Positions 1 to 28,806 of a DNA stretch of 51,195 nt are shown here, in pieces. The position numbers and the translations under genes are program-made. The DNA is from Amoebidium appalachense. Taxonomy: Eukaryota; Protista; Ichthyosporea. How positions within the stretch are numbered: position 1 is the stretch's first letter; each line of letters begins with the position of its first letter. A model generated the notes under the pieces. It was not told the DNA's origin and searched no databases. It was given only the letters and a program-made list of their open reading frames with translations. The stretch lies in assembly GCA_963693365.1 (NCBI GenBank), contig CAVNZM010000030.1, positions 1-51,195 of the forward strand, in the 5' to 3' direction.

Positions 1-345
1 ATCTTGATCGTAGACTTAGGCTGATCTGCTGAGACGGATTAGTATATGTCAGCGAGATCTCGTCGAGCTGAGCATTTTGAAGGGTGCGTTGATGGGTCTA
101 ACACCAATACCCATGGCGGTATTCAGCACCAAAAAATCCTCCCAATTTTTTGGCCAATTAGTAAACTTTGAGGTCATTTTTCTCTATGTTTTTTCTATAT
201 ATAAAAAATGTAAACCGATGCATCGCTTCCTCTTCGCGAGACCTGTCATTTCCACCCTTCGAAACCTTCATACGATCATTGGGTGATTCGGGCCACGATC
301 GCAAAAATAGGGGGTGTTTATCCAGCCCGGTAAGGGCTGCCATCA

Positions 346-523
346 TAGAGGTGGGTACCGGCTCTTTGTCCTGTGGCTGCTGTTGTTTCCGTTTTTCGTT
401 TCTGTGTTGCTCTTATAGCACGATGACTGGTTCTTTGATCTGTGCATGTTTAGCATCCATAGGTGGGTACCGGCTCTTTGTCCTATGGCTGCTGTTGTTT
501 CCGTGTTTCGTTTCTGTGTTGCT
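346..523 (+). repeat. Dispersed repeat with tandem subunits (AGGTGGGTACCGGCTCTTTGTCC...)
   Basis: Two internal copies at ~349 and ~461. Reverse-complement copies occur at 30521-30761. Confidence 0.75.
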
Positions 524-690
524 CACGACCAGACACAATGAAGAGCTTTGTTGGTATCATGGGAGAGGACTCACACTCATTTTTTATCACATCTACTTAC
601 ACATGTTGTAGGAGTTTGGTTGATTGGATAGATTAGATGGTTAGCCTTTTTGGGTGGAGGGGAATACACTTTGCTTTATGCACAACTAAC

Positions 691-716
691 AGGAGGGTAC
701 TTAGGACTTTTGAGAT
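691..716 (+). repeat. Left terminal inverted repeat (26 bp)
   Basis: AGGAGGGTACTTAGGACTTTTGAGAT, the exact reverse complement of 26669-26694. Preceded by TAAC. Confidence 0.92.
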
Positions 717-1549
717 TTGGGTGTTTTCTATGGAAATGCTCGGTTATCCCTTGTATATTTTGTAAAAATGTATATTGTATCTCTATTAGGCACACTAGGA
801 CCCAAACTAGGATGTGCATGGAATGCGACCCAAACATCTTTGGAAGCATCCAATTATATATTTATCAACGTTTTAACTGTTGGGTGTCCGTTTGCAAACA
901 GCGATATAAGTTCCTTCGACCACATAGCAAGCCACGATAGCACATTATCTTTCAGGTGAAGTATCACAGTTCTTGAGGGGTAGCAAACAAGCGACATGCT
1001 GGTTAATGAACGGAGCTGGGTACGGTAGTTCCACAACAGCAATTTGGAGTTTTGCAATTGTATGGGCATTGTTTAATGCACATTGTGAATAAAACATGAG
1101 ATAAGTCTTACACAATACATCCTTAAACAGGGTGCTTTACAAATTCCAGCTAACTGACCGACATGATGTTCACAACTATTACAGGCAAAGAAGCCCAATG
1201 TAACATAATAGAGCTGAAGAACGCTCTCAATCAGGCAGGCCATCCTGTGACTTTGGAAAGAGTTCAAAGGAGAAGTGGTATGAGCATCAGTCTACACGTG
1301 AAACATCACATACAATATACAAAGTAAAGGGTTATACAATACAACCTATCTAACTTACTATCACATCAATCACAACTTACCATCACATTCCAACGCTAAC
1401 CCATGAAGACAAACAAGGAAAGATTGCCTCCTCCACTTCGCTACCCATTCATTAATTCAAACAGTATGGTTCAAAAAAGTATATAGTGTGGTAGAGCATG
1501 CCTAAGGATCGGATTGAGGTTAAAGCTTTAAGATGTTGTGGTCACCGTG

Positions 1550-15615
<14,066 letters not shown>

Positions 15616-17084
15616 TTTTAAAGAAGCTATGGTATGAATCTCACCGAAACCACTGCAACTGCAAATGAGGGACAGCGGTGCGCAAGCCGGCTAAATCCAC
15701 GAAAGGGTTGTAAGATTCTCAAGCCGACCCGGCGGCGTCAAACTCGGCCCTAACTTCAATGTACATTGTAATAATTTAACAAGGATGTTTGCATAATGTT
15801 AGAGTATCAAATAGAATTTCATATGTGTCTGCATATGTAGGCATATATTGGTCTACACACATGGCAGTTACTGTATGAGCTGTAAAGGATACTCCAATTC
15901 TACGGTATGTCAGAGAAATAAATTTCGAGCCCCATATGCTTCTTCATTCTGATTGGCTTTGAATACACATACTGCATGATACAGCATCTTAGATCTCTGC
16001 TTCCTATTGGATGAATGAAATGCACGTCGATCCCGAACCAAATTTCAGCTACTTTAGAGTGCATTCTAAACATCTCTGCTGTCTTCTCGGACTGAATATC
16101 CATTGCCAGAATCAAAGAAATAATAAATAATTTATACATGGAATATTCTAGGCACGCCAATTCTAGTTTTACGGAATAAATGAAGGCTCGAAAGGTTTGC
16201 ACGGGTTGGCCTCGTGCGTTCCCATGAGTCTGATTGGTTGGTGGCATAAATCGTGCGAGTTTCCTAGCCGCTACTAGGGTTATGATCATGTCAAGGGTGC
16301 TTAGATTCCTTCTGATGTACGTTTACTTCCTTTTTATTTTATTTTTTTCACTTCTTTTTTTTTTGTTGTTGTTAATTAGGGTCTCTAATAACAATGTTTA
16401 TCTCTTATCATGTGAGTTATTGCAATAATCACTATACTGTCAATAGTCGTGTGTCTTACGATCTGATCATGGCTGAGGAATTTTGGTAACTTCCACTCTT
16501 TGAATGGCGTAGGCTCGGCCAATAAGAAAATGCGAGTTGGCCTTTTGCCACCCCAGCGCCAACTAGGACACATGTTGTCCTAGCGCGGTGGCAATGTGGC
16601 TTTAGGTGTCTTGTTCTTTGTTTGGTTTTTTCCAAAACATGTTCAACAGCAGGAGGTACGGGCTCCATTTTCGTACATCTCCAGAACTTTTCTACTACAA
16701 AATATGTTACGTTGACTCATTTATGCCACAATGACACACTACCATATTTTCACACTTGAAAGATTCCTTTTTATGAACCATTAGGCACACATTCTGTTGT
16801 GCGGCATGTCACCGCGCCAGACTGGATAAAAAATATCCTGCCAATCAAAGCATTGTGTCGAGATCCTACTTGGCTATGTTTGACTGGCGAAAGATGCACC
16901 AAAACAGATCTGCATGCTCCCAGGGGAACCTGACAACTAGCATTAGCATACATGCGAGAACACCCATGTGCCACACGTACCCAGTAACGACTTGTGTTTG
17001 TGACATTTTCAAGTGCATGGGATTCTAATCTATCGTCTCAAGCATATGAACAGAGGAAATTACGTGTAGGTGAGGGCTTGTAAA
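15616..17084. promoter_or_regulatory. Putative bidirectional promoter between the two element genes
   Basis: ~1.47-kb microsatellite-free spacer between head-to-head ATGs. Contains CCTAG-N6-CTAGG at 16263-16278 and CTAGGAC...GTCCTAG at ~16563-16583. Confidence 0.5.
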
Positions 17085-18783
17085 ATGGGCCCAATTGTGA
17101 GAAGCGGCCCTGTCAGGCCCGTGGGGACATGTCGAAGGCAGGGAGCCCCATTACAAAAAGACACGTTAACCACAGGCCCGAACGCTAGAAAAGTTCTTGG
17201 CGAGCTACAACAAAACTTCACATCTAACTCAAGTGGTAACAATGCAAATGCAAAACGGGGCAGCATTGTTAATGATGGCTGCGCACGTGCACGCAAACGC
17301 ACACGTATTGACACATGCAACAACACAACGTTAGCAAACTGCAACAACCCGGCGAGTACCAGACAAATCAGCAGCAGTCAATTAGGTAGTGGCAGTGCGG
17401 AGGAGCTTTCTTTTTCAAGAGAAGCAATGGATGCCGAAGAGGAGAATGCAAAAAGATTAATCGAAGAGGTGGAGGCACGGCGGCAACATGGGGTGGCCAG
17501 ATCGAAGGCGGCGATGGCTGATAAATTAAAACGTAACCGTGCTGAGGCACAGCAGAGGGACCGAGTTACTACAGGGGCATTCCCGCCCACGCCCATAGGG
17601 TCTGCGCAACCTTTTCTGCCCGACACAAAAAAGAAGTTGTCAGAGGCAGCCATTGAAAGTGTCTTGGCTATGACTTGCAGGTAAAGAAAAATCACACTTC
17701 TGGCGCACATCATCTGAGCCGGCGCATGTAAATTGACACTGTTTGAGCTAGCATTCCGTACATTCAATCATTAGTGGAATACTAGAGCGGAAGCCCGTGT
17801 GTGTGCCACATTCAAGTTCTGGTGCTCGTCAGCTCTGAGCCAACCAGTGGGGGGACTTGCTTCATTCTTACATTGCAGCTGCCTGTGGAATGCATAATGG
17901 GTGAGAAAATACTGTTATAGCTAGCTGTGATAGTATGATGACCGTCACGTAAGGGGTGGTATTGTACAGTATTCATTTGTTCTCATATGTCCTCCCTACT
18001 GCAGGTGCAATGACAACTGCTACGAGAGATTCACGTCAGCGCAGGTGAAAAACCTGAGGACTCGGTGGCTCTGTTTGCCTCCGTCAGTTCGCAACCAGGC
18101 GCTGTTCGACTATATGACCCAGCATTTGTAAGCAGCCCCCCCCCCCCCCCCCCCCCCCCCCCCAAGAAATTATACCCAAATATATCTCTCAAGCCATTTT
18201 AACCCAGGCGAGGTAAGGCTAAAACAAGGCTAAAACAAGTACCCCCCCTTTTTTTATAGATATCACCCCCCCCCCCCCCCCCCCATCCCCCCTTTTATAG
18301 ATATCAGGAGTCAATGACATCCTAATACCTTAATGTTGCCGAATACTCGTCTAACGCTTGCCCATTAAATGCTCTGCTCACGGACGTACAATATGCAGTT
18401 CTTCTATACAGACACTTCTCGGTGCCATTGTGTGCAGTCCGGTATGAAGGGTGAACTCTGCATGCTGATGTACATAGATTATGATACTTCCCCTCGGATA
18501 CAATCTCATCTCACCCCACGTAATTGCTACCATAGGGTGAAGCTTGGCAACAACAGCACGTCCCAGAACAAGTCTGGCGTCCAAGCGGGCAAGGTCGAGA
18601 TACCGTGGATTCTGGACAACACAGGGGTAACCCAAACCCCCCCCTCCCCCCCCCCCCCCCCTTCCCCCCCCGAAACCCACACACACACACACACACACAC
18701 GTAGTATACACACGCACCGCACGCACACACGCATGCACGCACGCACGCACGCACACACACACTCAAGCATGCAAACACACGTG

Positions 18784-18816
<33 letters not shown>

Positions 18817-19835
18817 CAGTGCCACGCACACGCACACACACACACACACACACACGAACACACGAACAGGCACACACACACACACACACACACCTCATAC
18901 GTACAAGCTCACACACATGCCCTCATGCACACATGCCCACACCCACACACCCACGCACCCACGCACCCACCCACGCACCCACGCACCCACACAATCAGCA
19001 TCACACAGGCATATAACACGGCAGCAACTAATGTGGTTGCATCCAGAGTTCGGCACATACTACGCACAGAGTTCGGCAAACAGTTGTGCTTTTGTGCTGG
19101 TCCGGCCACACACACCACCCCAACCGCCAGTTTTTTATTTATTTTTTTTATTTTTATTTTAACACGTTTGGTTAACGTCATCCACCTGCTGCCGGAAGAG
19201 TGCATAGGACACAGTCCCATTAGCTACGTTAGAACACCAACCGCCAGTGACTTATAAATTTTTAAATTTTGGATAAAACTTAAAAACTGAGATGTGCATG
19301 TGGACAGAAATTTTAAGCGTGTTTATAGGGAGAGAAGGAGAGAGCTCTAGATACACAAGAGGGTCAAAAAGGGGGACCGGGCCTGGACCACGTGATGGCT
19401 TCGTTGATGCTCATGCCAACACATGACGGTTGCCACGCGCGTGCAAATCTGAGAGAGAGAGAGAGAGGGAGAGAGAGGGGGAGAGAGAGAGAGGGGGGGG
19501 GGGGAGAGAGAGAGAGAGAGAGTGTGTGTGTGTGTGTGTGTTGGGTGGGGGGGGGGGGGGGGGAAGGGCTATTCGTTGGCAAGAGCCAGGAGAGACAGGG
19601 GGAAGAGTGGTGTCTATTGGTCTAATAAAGTAATGATGAATACCGGAGGGGGGGGGGGGGGGGATGGGGGGATTGGGGCGGGGGGGGGGGGGGGGGGGAA
19701 AGGGGGAGGAAAGAACGGGAGGGGAGGGGGGGGGGGGGGGGAGGCGAGGTCTGCCAGGCATAGAGAGGGAGATGCAGACAGAGGGGGAGGGGGGAGGGAG
19801 GAGGTGAATACCGGAGGGGGGGGGGGGATGGGGGG

Positions 19836-19869
<34 letters not shown>

Positions 19870-19975
19870 GGGGGGAGGAAAGAACGGGAGGGGAGGGGGG
19901 GGGGGGGGGGGGGGGCGAGGTCTGCCAGGCATAGAGAGGGAGATGCAGACAGAGGGGGGGGGGGGGGGAGGGAGG

Positions 19976-20027
<52 letters not shown>

Positions 20028-20897
20028 GATGGGGGCAGGAAGGCCGGGGGAGGAGCGGGCCCGGGTGGGGAGAGCATGGAATGATAACATGTGTGAAGGA
20101 GCAGCGAGGTCGGTGAGGAAGAAGGGGAGGGGGGGGGAGGGGAACAAGGTTAAGAAAAACAATACACCAAATGACCTCCCCCCCCCCCCCCCCCCCCCCC
20201 CCCCGCCCACCGCCCCCTCCCCCCTCCCCATCCCATTCATTTCATCCCAGATCTGCCAAGAAGCATTCATCAACATCATGGGAATGTGCCGAAACACGTT
20301 CATGGCCAGAAAGAATGAATTCCTACAAGGAGCTCGGTTTTACGTACATGGCAACACCGGTGAAGGCAACATCTCTTTGGCGGTGGAGAGATTTATTGCC
20401 TGGTTTTCCGAATTCATCGACCTCATCGGTCAGTTGATGCCCGACACGTCTACGATACGCTTGCCGCCCGCTTACACCAAGGAAGAGATCTGGATGGAGT
20501 ACGTCAGGGTGTGTATTTCATATATACCCCCCCCCCCCCCCCCCCCCCCCCCAAACCACATCTCAATGCATACACCTACACGCACGTACATACGCACACA
20601 CGCAACTACGTACACGGAATTACACACACATGCACACATGCACACATGCACACCGTTCTACACACACATACACACATACACGAACACGTATTATAAACAT
20701 GCACGCTAACACATGCACAAGCATACACTGCTGGGCACAGCCACCCACCCACCCACCCGCTCACCTGCTAAACCTCATTCCCACACACAAACACACCCAT
20801 AAACTGTCAGAGAGAGAGAGACACCGACCCCCCCCCCCCCCCCCCCCCCCCAACCCACACAGGCGCATGCAGCATCATATTGCTTCACATTACCTTA

Positions 20898-20944
<47 letters not shown>

Positions 20945-21554
20945 TTCTCGAACACAAAATCAATAGAACACAAACACACACACCCACACCCACCCACCCA
21001 CCACCCCACCCACCCGCAGCCACACCCCTACACTCACACCCACACCCAAACCCACACCCACATACGTATATAATTTGCTCTCCCCCCTCCCCCCCCCTCC
21101 CCCCCCCTCCCCCCCCACAAGCACTCCTGCATATATGGTACAATGCAACCAAGGAAGCCCACGAACACACAAGCACAGGAAAACATGGCTGGGCATTCAG
21201 ACACACCCACCCGCAAACCCACCCACCCATCCACCAATCTACCCAAACAACCAAATTCCCGCGGGTCCACACACTCACTCATAAATCCACCTATTCACGA
21301 AACTTGCTTTATCTCACTCAGTGTCACCTGTTTAACCTCATTACCCAGATACAAACACACCCAGGCACACACAGAGAGATACCAACCCACACAATGCCGT
21401 CCACCCACCCACACAGGCACATCCATCACAATGTCATATTGACCCACACTGCCTTACCCATGCCTTCACCATCGAAGCACACGTGGCATGCAATGGTGCA
21501 CGTGAAACCCCACTCCCCCCCCCCCCCCCCCATCCCCCCCCCTCCTTCCCCCCC

Positions 21555-21588
<34 letters not shown>

Positions 21589-22266
21589 CCGAACAACACA
21601 CAAGCACTATGGCATCCTTATCAACATGCATACATACATAAACAACCTTTTGAAACACAAGCGTGTGACATGCATTTTATCGTACATTATTAACTTTTAC
21701 AACCAGCACACTGCAACTCAGGAGGTTATGCACACACACATACACACATACCCACACACACACACAAACTTCAAACGACACACACATGCAATCACACACC
21801 ACACAGCACATTACACATGTCCCTATTACCATCGAAGCAACACCCAAACACCCAAACAAACAAAGGGACATCCATTACGAAACACAAACACACACACACA
21901 CAGGCACACAAGCACATACACACGTACACACGCACAGTGTCAGGCACACACACATGCAAGGGCACCCACACACATACACACACGAAAACATCCATCCAAA
22001 ACTCCACATTCGAAACACAACCTCTATTCTACCCATACAGATATTGTTACATAAATACTGACCTACGTCCGCTTGGAAAACACAGGATATCACAGCCGAG
22101 GACACAGCCAACCAAGAAGAATTCGAGGCACGGTGGGCACAGCTCCATCCCGATTTCGACGAACAGGAACATGTACTTGGCCCCGACCAGGCACGTCTCT
22201 CTCCCCCCTCTGTGTGGCTGTGTACATGTGTGTGTACGCGTGTGCTTGTGTGTGTGTATGTGTTTT

Positions 22267-22297
<31 letters not shown>

Positions 22298-22400
22298 GGA
22301 GGGGGGGGATGTGGAGGAAGACAACAGGGTGGGCAGTTTAAGCATGTGTGTGAGAATGTGTGCGTGTATGGGTACGTGTGTGCATGCTTGTGTGTGTGTG

Positions 22401-22464
<64 letters not shown>

Positions 22465-22700
22465 TGGAGAACTTGGGAGGGGGGAGGGGGGGGGGGGGCA
22501 AGCACTGCAATGTTGAGTACATTGGGGCAAACAGAGTGTATACCGAGGGAGAGGGGGGCAGGGGGGGGGATAATGGGCCAAACCTGTCCATCTTCCGTAT
22601 TTGGGATAGTATACGTCGTAATGTAGCCTGACATCCTGACATCATGTGAGGTATGCAGCATAACATGCACCTCCATGCAACCCTACTTCTTAAGCGCCTA

Positions 22701-22782
<82 letters not shown>

Positions 22783-23471
22783 CGTGTGTGTTACAGTATG
22801 TGTACGTCAGAATGTGTAGGCGAATTGGTATGTGAGCATACGTGCATGAAATCGTGTAAACCCCCCCCCTCCCCCCCCCCCCCCCCCCCCCCGGGGGGGA
22901 AGGCAGAACAACAAGAACAACAACAACAAAAAAAAACACCCCGCCTACACCTTACTGACAGAGAGAAAAAAACCCACACTAATCGATCTTCACACCTTCC
23001 AGACTGCCTCAGGCCACAAGCGCAAACGGCAAGCACGGGTAACAGACAAGGGCTACCTTGATCAAGAGGGGTTTCACGCAGCCTGGAGAACCCATTTCAA
23101 GGGTGTAAGTTTAAGCACCGAGACCACCAACTTCGTCAAATGTGAGTACTGCTGCATTCTCAAGGCCCGCCTCAAGCTGGCCACCACCAATGCTGCAAGG
23201 ATCCACATCCGTGAACTGCGGGAGGCACACATCAATCTCCAAAGGCTGGTGGCCCCCCCCTCCCCCCCCCTCCCCCCCCCCCCCCCCCCCCCCCCACCCA
23301 CCCACCAAACGCCATCACCACCACCACCATCATTACGTGCACGGCACACACATACACAAAACCTTTACAACATCACACCTGACAACATCTTCCAAAGTAA
23401 ACACCCACGCACGCACATTCACACACACACACACACACACACAAACAAGCATGCACACCTGCACACTCCCG

Positions 23472-23564
<93 letters not shown>

Positions 23565-23695
23565 CCACAACCACACAGTCCGCCTCCCCCTCCCCCCTCC
23601 CCCCATCCCCCCTCACACACACACACACAGTCACATGTTCTCGTGGAGGAGGGCAAAGAAAGGGGGGGGGAGGGGGGGGGGGCAGCGGTGTTGTG

Positions 23696-23770
<75 letters not shown>

Positions 23771-23961
23771 GTGCGTGTGCGTGTGTGTGTGGTTGCGTGC
23801 GCGCATGCACGTGTGCGCAAGCACTTGGACTTCCCTCCCCCCCCCCCCAAACACCATCACCACCACCACCATCATTACATGCACGGCACACGCATACACA
23901 CAACCTCTAAAACAACACACCTGACAACCTGTTCCAAAATAAACACCCACGCACGCACATT

Positions 23962-24013
<52 letters not shown>

Positions 24014-24077
24014 TGCACACCCGCACACCCGCACGTACCACACATGCACACACACAACCACAACCACACAGTCTTCC

Positions 24078-24113
<36 letters not shown>

Positions 24114-24195
24114 ACTTGAACAAAACACACACACATAGTCATGTTTTCGTGGAGGAGGGAAAAAAAAGGGGGGGAGCTTGGGTAGTGGCGTTGTG

Positions 24196-24266
<71 letters not shown>

Positions 24267-26477
24267 ACGTGTGTGCGCAAGCACTTGCAAGTGACTGTGT
24301 GTACGTGTGTGCCTGCGCGTAGGGTATTTGGGTTGGTATTTGGGTTTGTATCTGGCGACATCACATGTATTTCAAATCACCGCATCGCGCACATCTCTTT
24401 GGTAGCAACTTCCTGCAATCAAAGTATGTCACTATATACATACACATATTCGCAACTAGAGTGCATGAAACCGCACAGCTTTGTCGTACACACACATATT
24501 CGCAATTATTAGAGTGCATGAAACCGCACAGTTGTGTCGTACAGCCATTGAAGATAAACGAGTGACGTCATCCTAGTACCAACTAGGATGACGTCATCCT
24601 AGTTGTAACTAGGATATATTGTCCTAGTTGTAACTAGGATCCAGAGTCCTAGTTGTGATTAGGATCGGGTCTCCTGGTTGACACTAGGATTATGATCCTC
24701 CTAACCATATATATAGTGATTGACCATGAGATGTCACAGAAAGGAGAGAGAGAGCTATTACCAGCATCGGTCAGCTGCAATTCGGGAGCCACACAAGTAC
24801 ATGAGTGTCATCGTTGACTCAATGGACCAAGCAAAATCCGAAATCCCGAACGTACATTGGAACTCCAAAGCCGCGAGCTCGATTCCCAAGAAGGCCGTTC
24901 GGATAACCAGTGTCCTCGTTCATGGCCGCACCCTCTACACAATCGTGGATGAGCACGGTCGCAAGGGTGCCAATGTCCAAATCGCGGCACTCACGTTGGC
25001 AATCGAGCGTGAATTGGAGATACGGGGCTCGTTGCCAGAGACGTTGTACGTGCAAATGGATAACGCCTCCGAGAATCATTGCAACGCAATGATGCAATTT
25101 TTTGAATTACTCGTTTCTAGGGGTGTGTTCACCACTGTGGAGTGTTCGTTCCTTCTTCCGGGACATACGCACGAGGATATCGATGGCCGCTTTCGGGGAT
25201 TCAACCATTACCTGACTGAGCAACCGCCGCGGACTGTTCCCGATTTGATGGAGACTTTGAAAAAGCGACCAAGATCGAAAGATTTAGCGCCGTATATTCG
25301 CCAAAGAGGGAGAGTGGTGGAGCCTCCTGAGGTGCACAATGTACAAGCCATTCCAGAGTTCACAGAGTGGTTAGCCCCTTGCGCCGATCCCCTGTCGTAC
25401 TTCGCAAAATGGCGATGCTTCCGATGGATCAAACTGGACACTGGCGTAAAATTTGAGGTTCGGCGACTTGCCAGCCAAGGCGAGTGGATAGAATGTAGAG
25501 GTTCGCGTAAGGCTCTTCTTCACACGCTCCCCAACCAGCCTGCATCGATGTCAATCAAGGTGAACCAAGGGTCGTCTATTCAGCCTTTTCCGATTTGGCT
25601 ACGCGAACAATGGGGCACACTTGGAAGTATGCTTGAGCGATTGGCTAAGGACAATGTATTTTTGGACCCTGATGGAGAGCACCTGGAGTGGTGGAAGGAG
25701 CAAGCGCAGAGTGCCGGATATGATACAGTGACAGGCGAGTTCACGCAACCTGCGCCGGCATTCGAAAATGTCATTACGTTTCCCTTTCGGCTGGTTAGCG
25801 ATTTGACATCCAATCGATCATACCCGCGACCGCCCCCTCCAGGTCTTCCGGCCATCCCGGACGAACTTGAAGATCCGAACAACAGAGATGGAGATGACTG
25901 CGACATACCGTGCATTGGGGCTGACGGTAGGAGGGAAAGGCGCCAAATCGTAAAATTTACAAACCCGGGTGCTCCCAACGAAAATGATTTTGTGTTGGTG
26001 CACACTTGGGACGACGCACAGAATACTCCCGGATCAGACTACTTGGGGGAATTTTGTGTGGCGAAAGTAATTCATATTGAAAATCCAGAGGCCCTACCGG
26101 CTGATAGAACTTTTTGGGTGCATTGGTGGTGTCCTGATGGTGTGGCTAGTGATCTGAGATATGACGCAAAACTGCAACCTATGTTTATTCACAAGGAAGA
26201 TCCTGCAAGGCAGACTTCCACTACCTTTCCAGTTTTGACTTGCACAGATAAAAGTTTTCAGGGGTTCTATAGGCCGAATGTACAGAAGGAGCAGTTAAAG
26301 GAATATGTTCAATGGATAGACCCTGTGAAATTCGAGAATATGTGTGGGACGATTTCTACCGGAAGTAGTTTTCTTGGAAAATCGGGTAAGGGTAACAGGT
26401 TCAATGTTGTAAAATCTCAATTAATGGCATTGCTCGAATTAAGCAAATCGGAGGTCAAGCGGGGTTTGGAAAAATAA
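17085..26477 (+). CDS. DDD/E transposase, DUF7869/Sola-like, ~1015 aa, with C-terminal Tudor/BAH-like beta domain
   Basis: Exons 17085-17680, 18005-18127, 18536-18626, 20251-20508, 23003-23244, 24740-26477 total 3048 nt and are phase consistent. The last intron is either GC-AG or an equivalent GT-AG shifted by 4 nt. Motifs: CRCNDNC, ICQEAF...[10 protein letters not shown]...[32 protein letters not shown]. Confidence 0.88.
24563..24692. repeat. Array of (T)CCTAG-N6-CTAGG(A) palindromes in the last intron of the transposase gene
   Basis: About 5 units, e.g. TCCTAGTACCAACTAGGA and TCCTAGTTGTAACTAGGA twice, with the same TGACGTCATC linker. Confidence 0.85.
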
Positions 26478-26668
26478 TAGTACTGAACAAAAGTAAGAAT
26501 CTTATCCATGTTTTAGCAAACACTTCTAAATTTTCGTAAAGTCTGATTGGTGTGAATGACGCATGGCTGTGCCAACCCATAATATTATAGCCTCAGGCAT
26601 TGCCGGCAACTTATTTTTGACCCAAAATTGCAAAAATAAAACGGCAGAAATCGCTGCACGTGTCCATT

Positions 26669-26694
26669 ATCTCAAAAGTCCTAAGTACCCTCCT
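26669..26694 (-). repeat. Right terminal inverted repeat (26 bp)
   Basis: ATCTCAAAAGTCCTAAGTACCCTCCT followed by TAAC, ~190 bp downstream of the transposase stop codon. Confidence 0.92.
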
Positions 26695-27752
26695 TAACAT
26701 GCATTGTCTCCAGGAGTGGCGAACCACCAGGAGACCCCCCCGAAGAAGGCCACAGAAGAACAGAGAAGAAGAAAGACCCCCCAGGTCTCCCCCCCCCCCC
26801 CCCCCCGACGACGGGCCCCCCCCGCCCCGCCCCCCGCCCCCCCCGCCGCGGGCGCCCGCGCCCGCCGCCCCCCCCCCGCCCAAATCTAAATCACCCACCA
26901 CCCCCCCCCCCCGCCCCCCCCCCCCCCCTCCCCCCCCCCCCAGCGCCACCCGCCCCGCCCCCCGCGGCACCTAAGCGCCTGACCCGCAGCGACCTCCCCA
27001 CAGCTACCAACGCTCCCGCGGACCTCCCCCCAGCGGCCCTACCACCACGACCCGACCCCCCTACCTCCCTCCACCCTAGCCCCCCCCCCCCCCCCCCCCC
27101 CCCCCCCACCGCGCACCCAGATGTGCGTCCGCTCCCACCAACCGCGACCCCCCCCCCCCCCCCCCCCCCGAGCCCCCCTCCCCCCACCCCCCCCTCCCCG
27201 CCCCCCATCAAAGAACACCCCCAGCCGCCCCCCCCCCCCCAAAGTCCCCACCAGCAAACCCACACCCTCCCTCCGTCAAGCCCCACCCCCCCCCCCCAGA
27301 CAAGACACACCCCACCCACCTACCCCCAGTCCAAAACCCCCCCCACCAGCACATCCCCCTCCCCACTCCACAGATCTCCTCCTCCACCACCTCCTCCACC
27401 GCCCCCCCCACCACCCCCCAACCCCCCCCCACCCCCTCCCCCCCCCCCCCTCCCCACCCCCCTCCCGCACCTAACGCCCCCCCAGACCCCCCCCCCCCAA
27501 CACTCCCACCTTCGCCCCCACCCCAATCTCACCCCCCACCTCCCCCCCCCACACCCACACAATCCCACCCTGAACACACCCCCCCCCCCCCCCCAAATAA
27601 TACAACAAAACAAAAAAATACAAACTAAAACCTTTCCCCCCCTCCCCCAACCCCCCCCCCCCCCACCCACACCCCCAACACCACCACCTCCTCACCCCCA
27701 CCCCCCCCCCCCCCCACCCCAAAAACACCCCCCCCCCCCCCCCCCACACCAC

Positions 27753-27789
<37 letters not shown>

Positions 27790-27870
27790 AACCCACCCTT
27801 ATAAAAAAAACCCCCCCCCCCCACCCCAACCCAAACCTCCCCCCAACCCCAAAAAATCCAAACAAAACCA

Positions 27871-28411
27871 AGAAGCAGAACCTTGAACGATCGGTGGAGG
27901 GGAGATAGCTATAGTGCTAACAGCAAAAGTAGTGCCCACAGTCGCTGTTCATGAACGTGAAGCAACGTGCATCTGCAGCCAGCAGACACACGCACACGCA
28001 CGCACACACACACACAACACACACACACACACAGACACAGACACAGACTATCACAGACGACACAGACCAACAACACCCCACAAACCACAAAACTACCTCA
28101 AAGCAGCATCCAACAATCAGCACGGTGGCTCGGACGGAGGAACCAGCGACCAAAACCGACCACCTCGAGACCCGACCAGCGACCCGAAGGACCTCGACCG
28201 AAGGGGAGAGATGGAGCACAACGGGACAGCAGAGAGCAACCGAGTAGCCATCACTCGCCCGCCTAAAAGAAAAAAGGACTCCCGCGACCCAGTGCCCTAG
28301 TCACAACTCAGACTATAGTTACTGTCCTCCACTTCTTCTGACCATTCGGCAGAAAGGTGCTTCCTCAGCGTGCTGCTTTCAACATTGTCACGCCCACACT
28401 AAACACACACA

Positions 28412-28442
<31 letters not shown>

Positions 28443-28466
28443 GCGCACGCACACACACTCATACAC

Positions 28467-28497
<31 letters not shown>

Positions 28498-28770
28498 GCG
28501 CCACACACAGCACCACACACACACAGCGCACACCTCACACACACACACCGCACACACAAGCGCACACACCACACACCCTTATCCCTGATCATGATGCCCC
28601 CCCCCCCCTCTCCCCCGCCCCCCCCCCCCCCCCCCCCACCCCACCCACCCACCCAAAGACGAAAACATTGTACATTAGCATACACAAATATACTCGCACA
28701 TAACATACACACATTCACAATCTCAGGCTACATGTGCAATATACATAAATTATCACAGTCGATAAATTGA

Positions 28771-28805
<35 letters not shown>

Positions 28806-28806
28806 A
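27871..28806 (+). repeat. Satellite-leader unit copy 1, 5' part (continues at 38591 after the EnSpm-like insertion)
   Basis: Collinear with 30996-32222. Shared blocks include CTTGAACGATCGGTGGAGGGG...GCTATAGTGCTAACAGCAAAAGTAGTGCCCACAGTCGCT, TTATCCCTGATCATGATGCCCC and CAGGCTACATGTGCAATATACAT. Confidence 0.8.

Noticed and set aside
26760-27870. Proline-rich extensin- or formin-like ORFs
   Set aside because: Irregular C-rich low-complexity sequence that looks like poor-quality consensus, with no domain or splice support.
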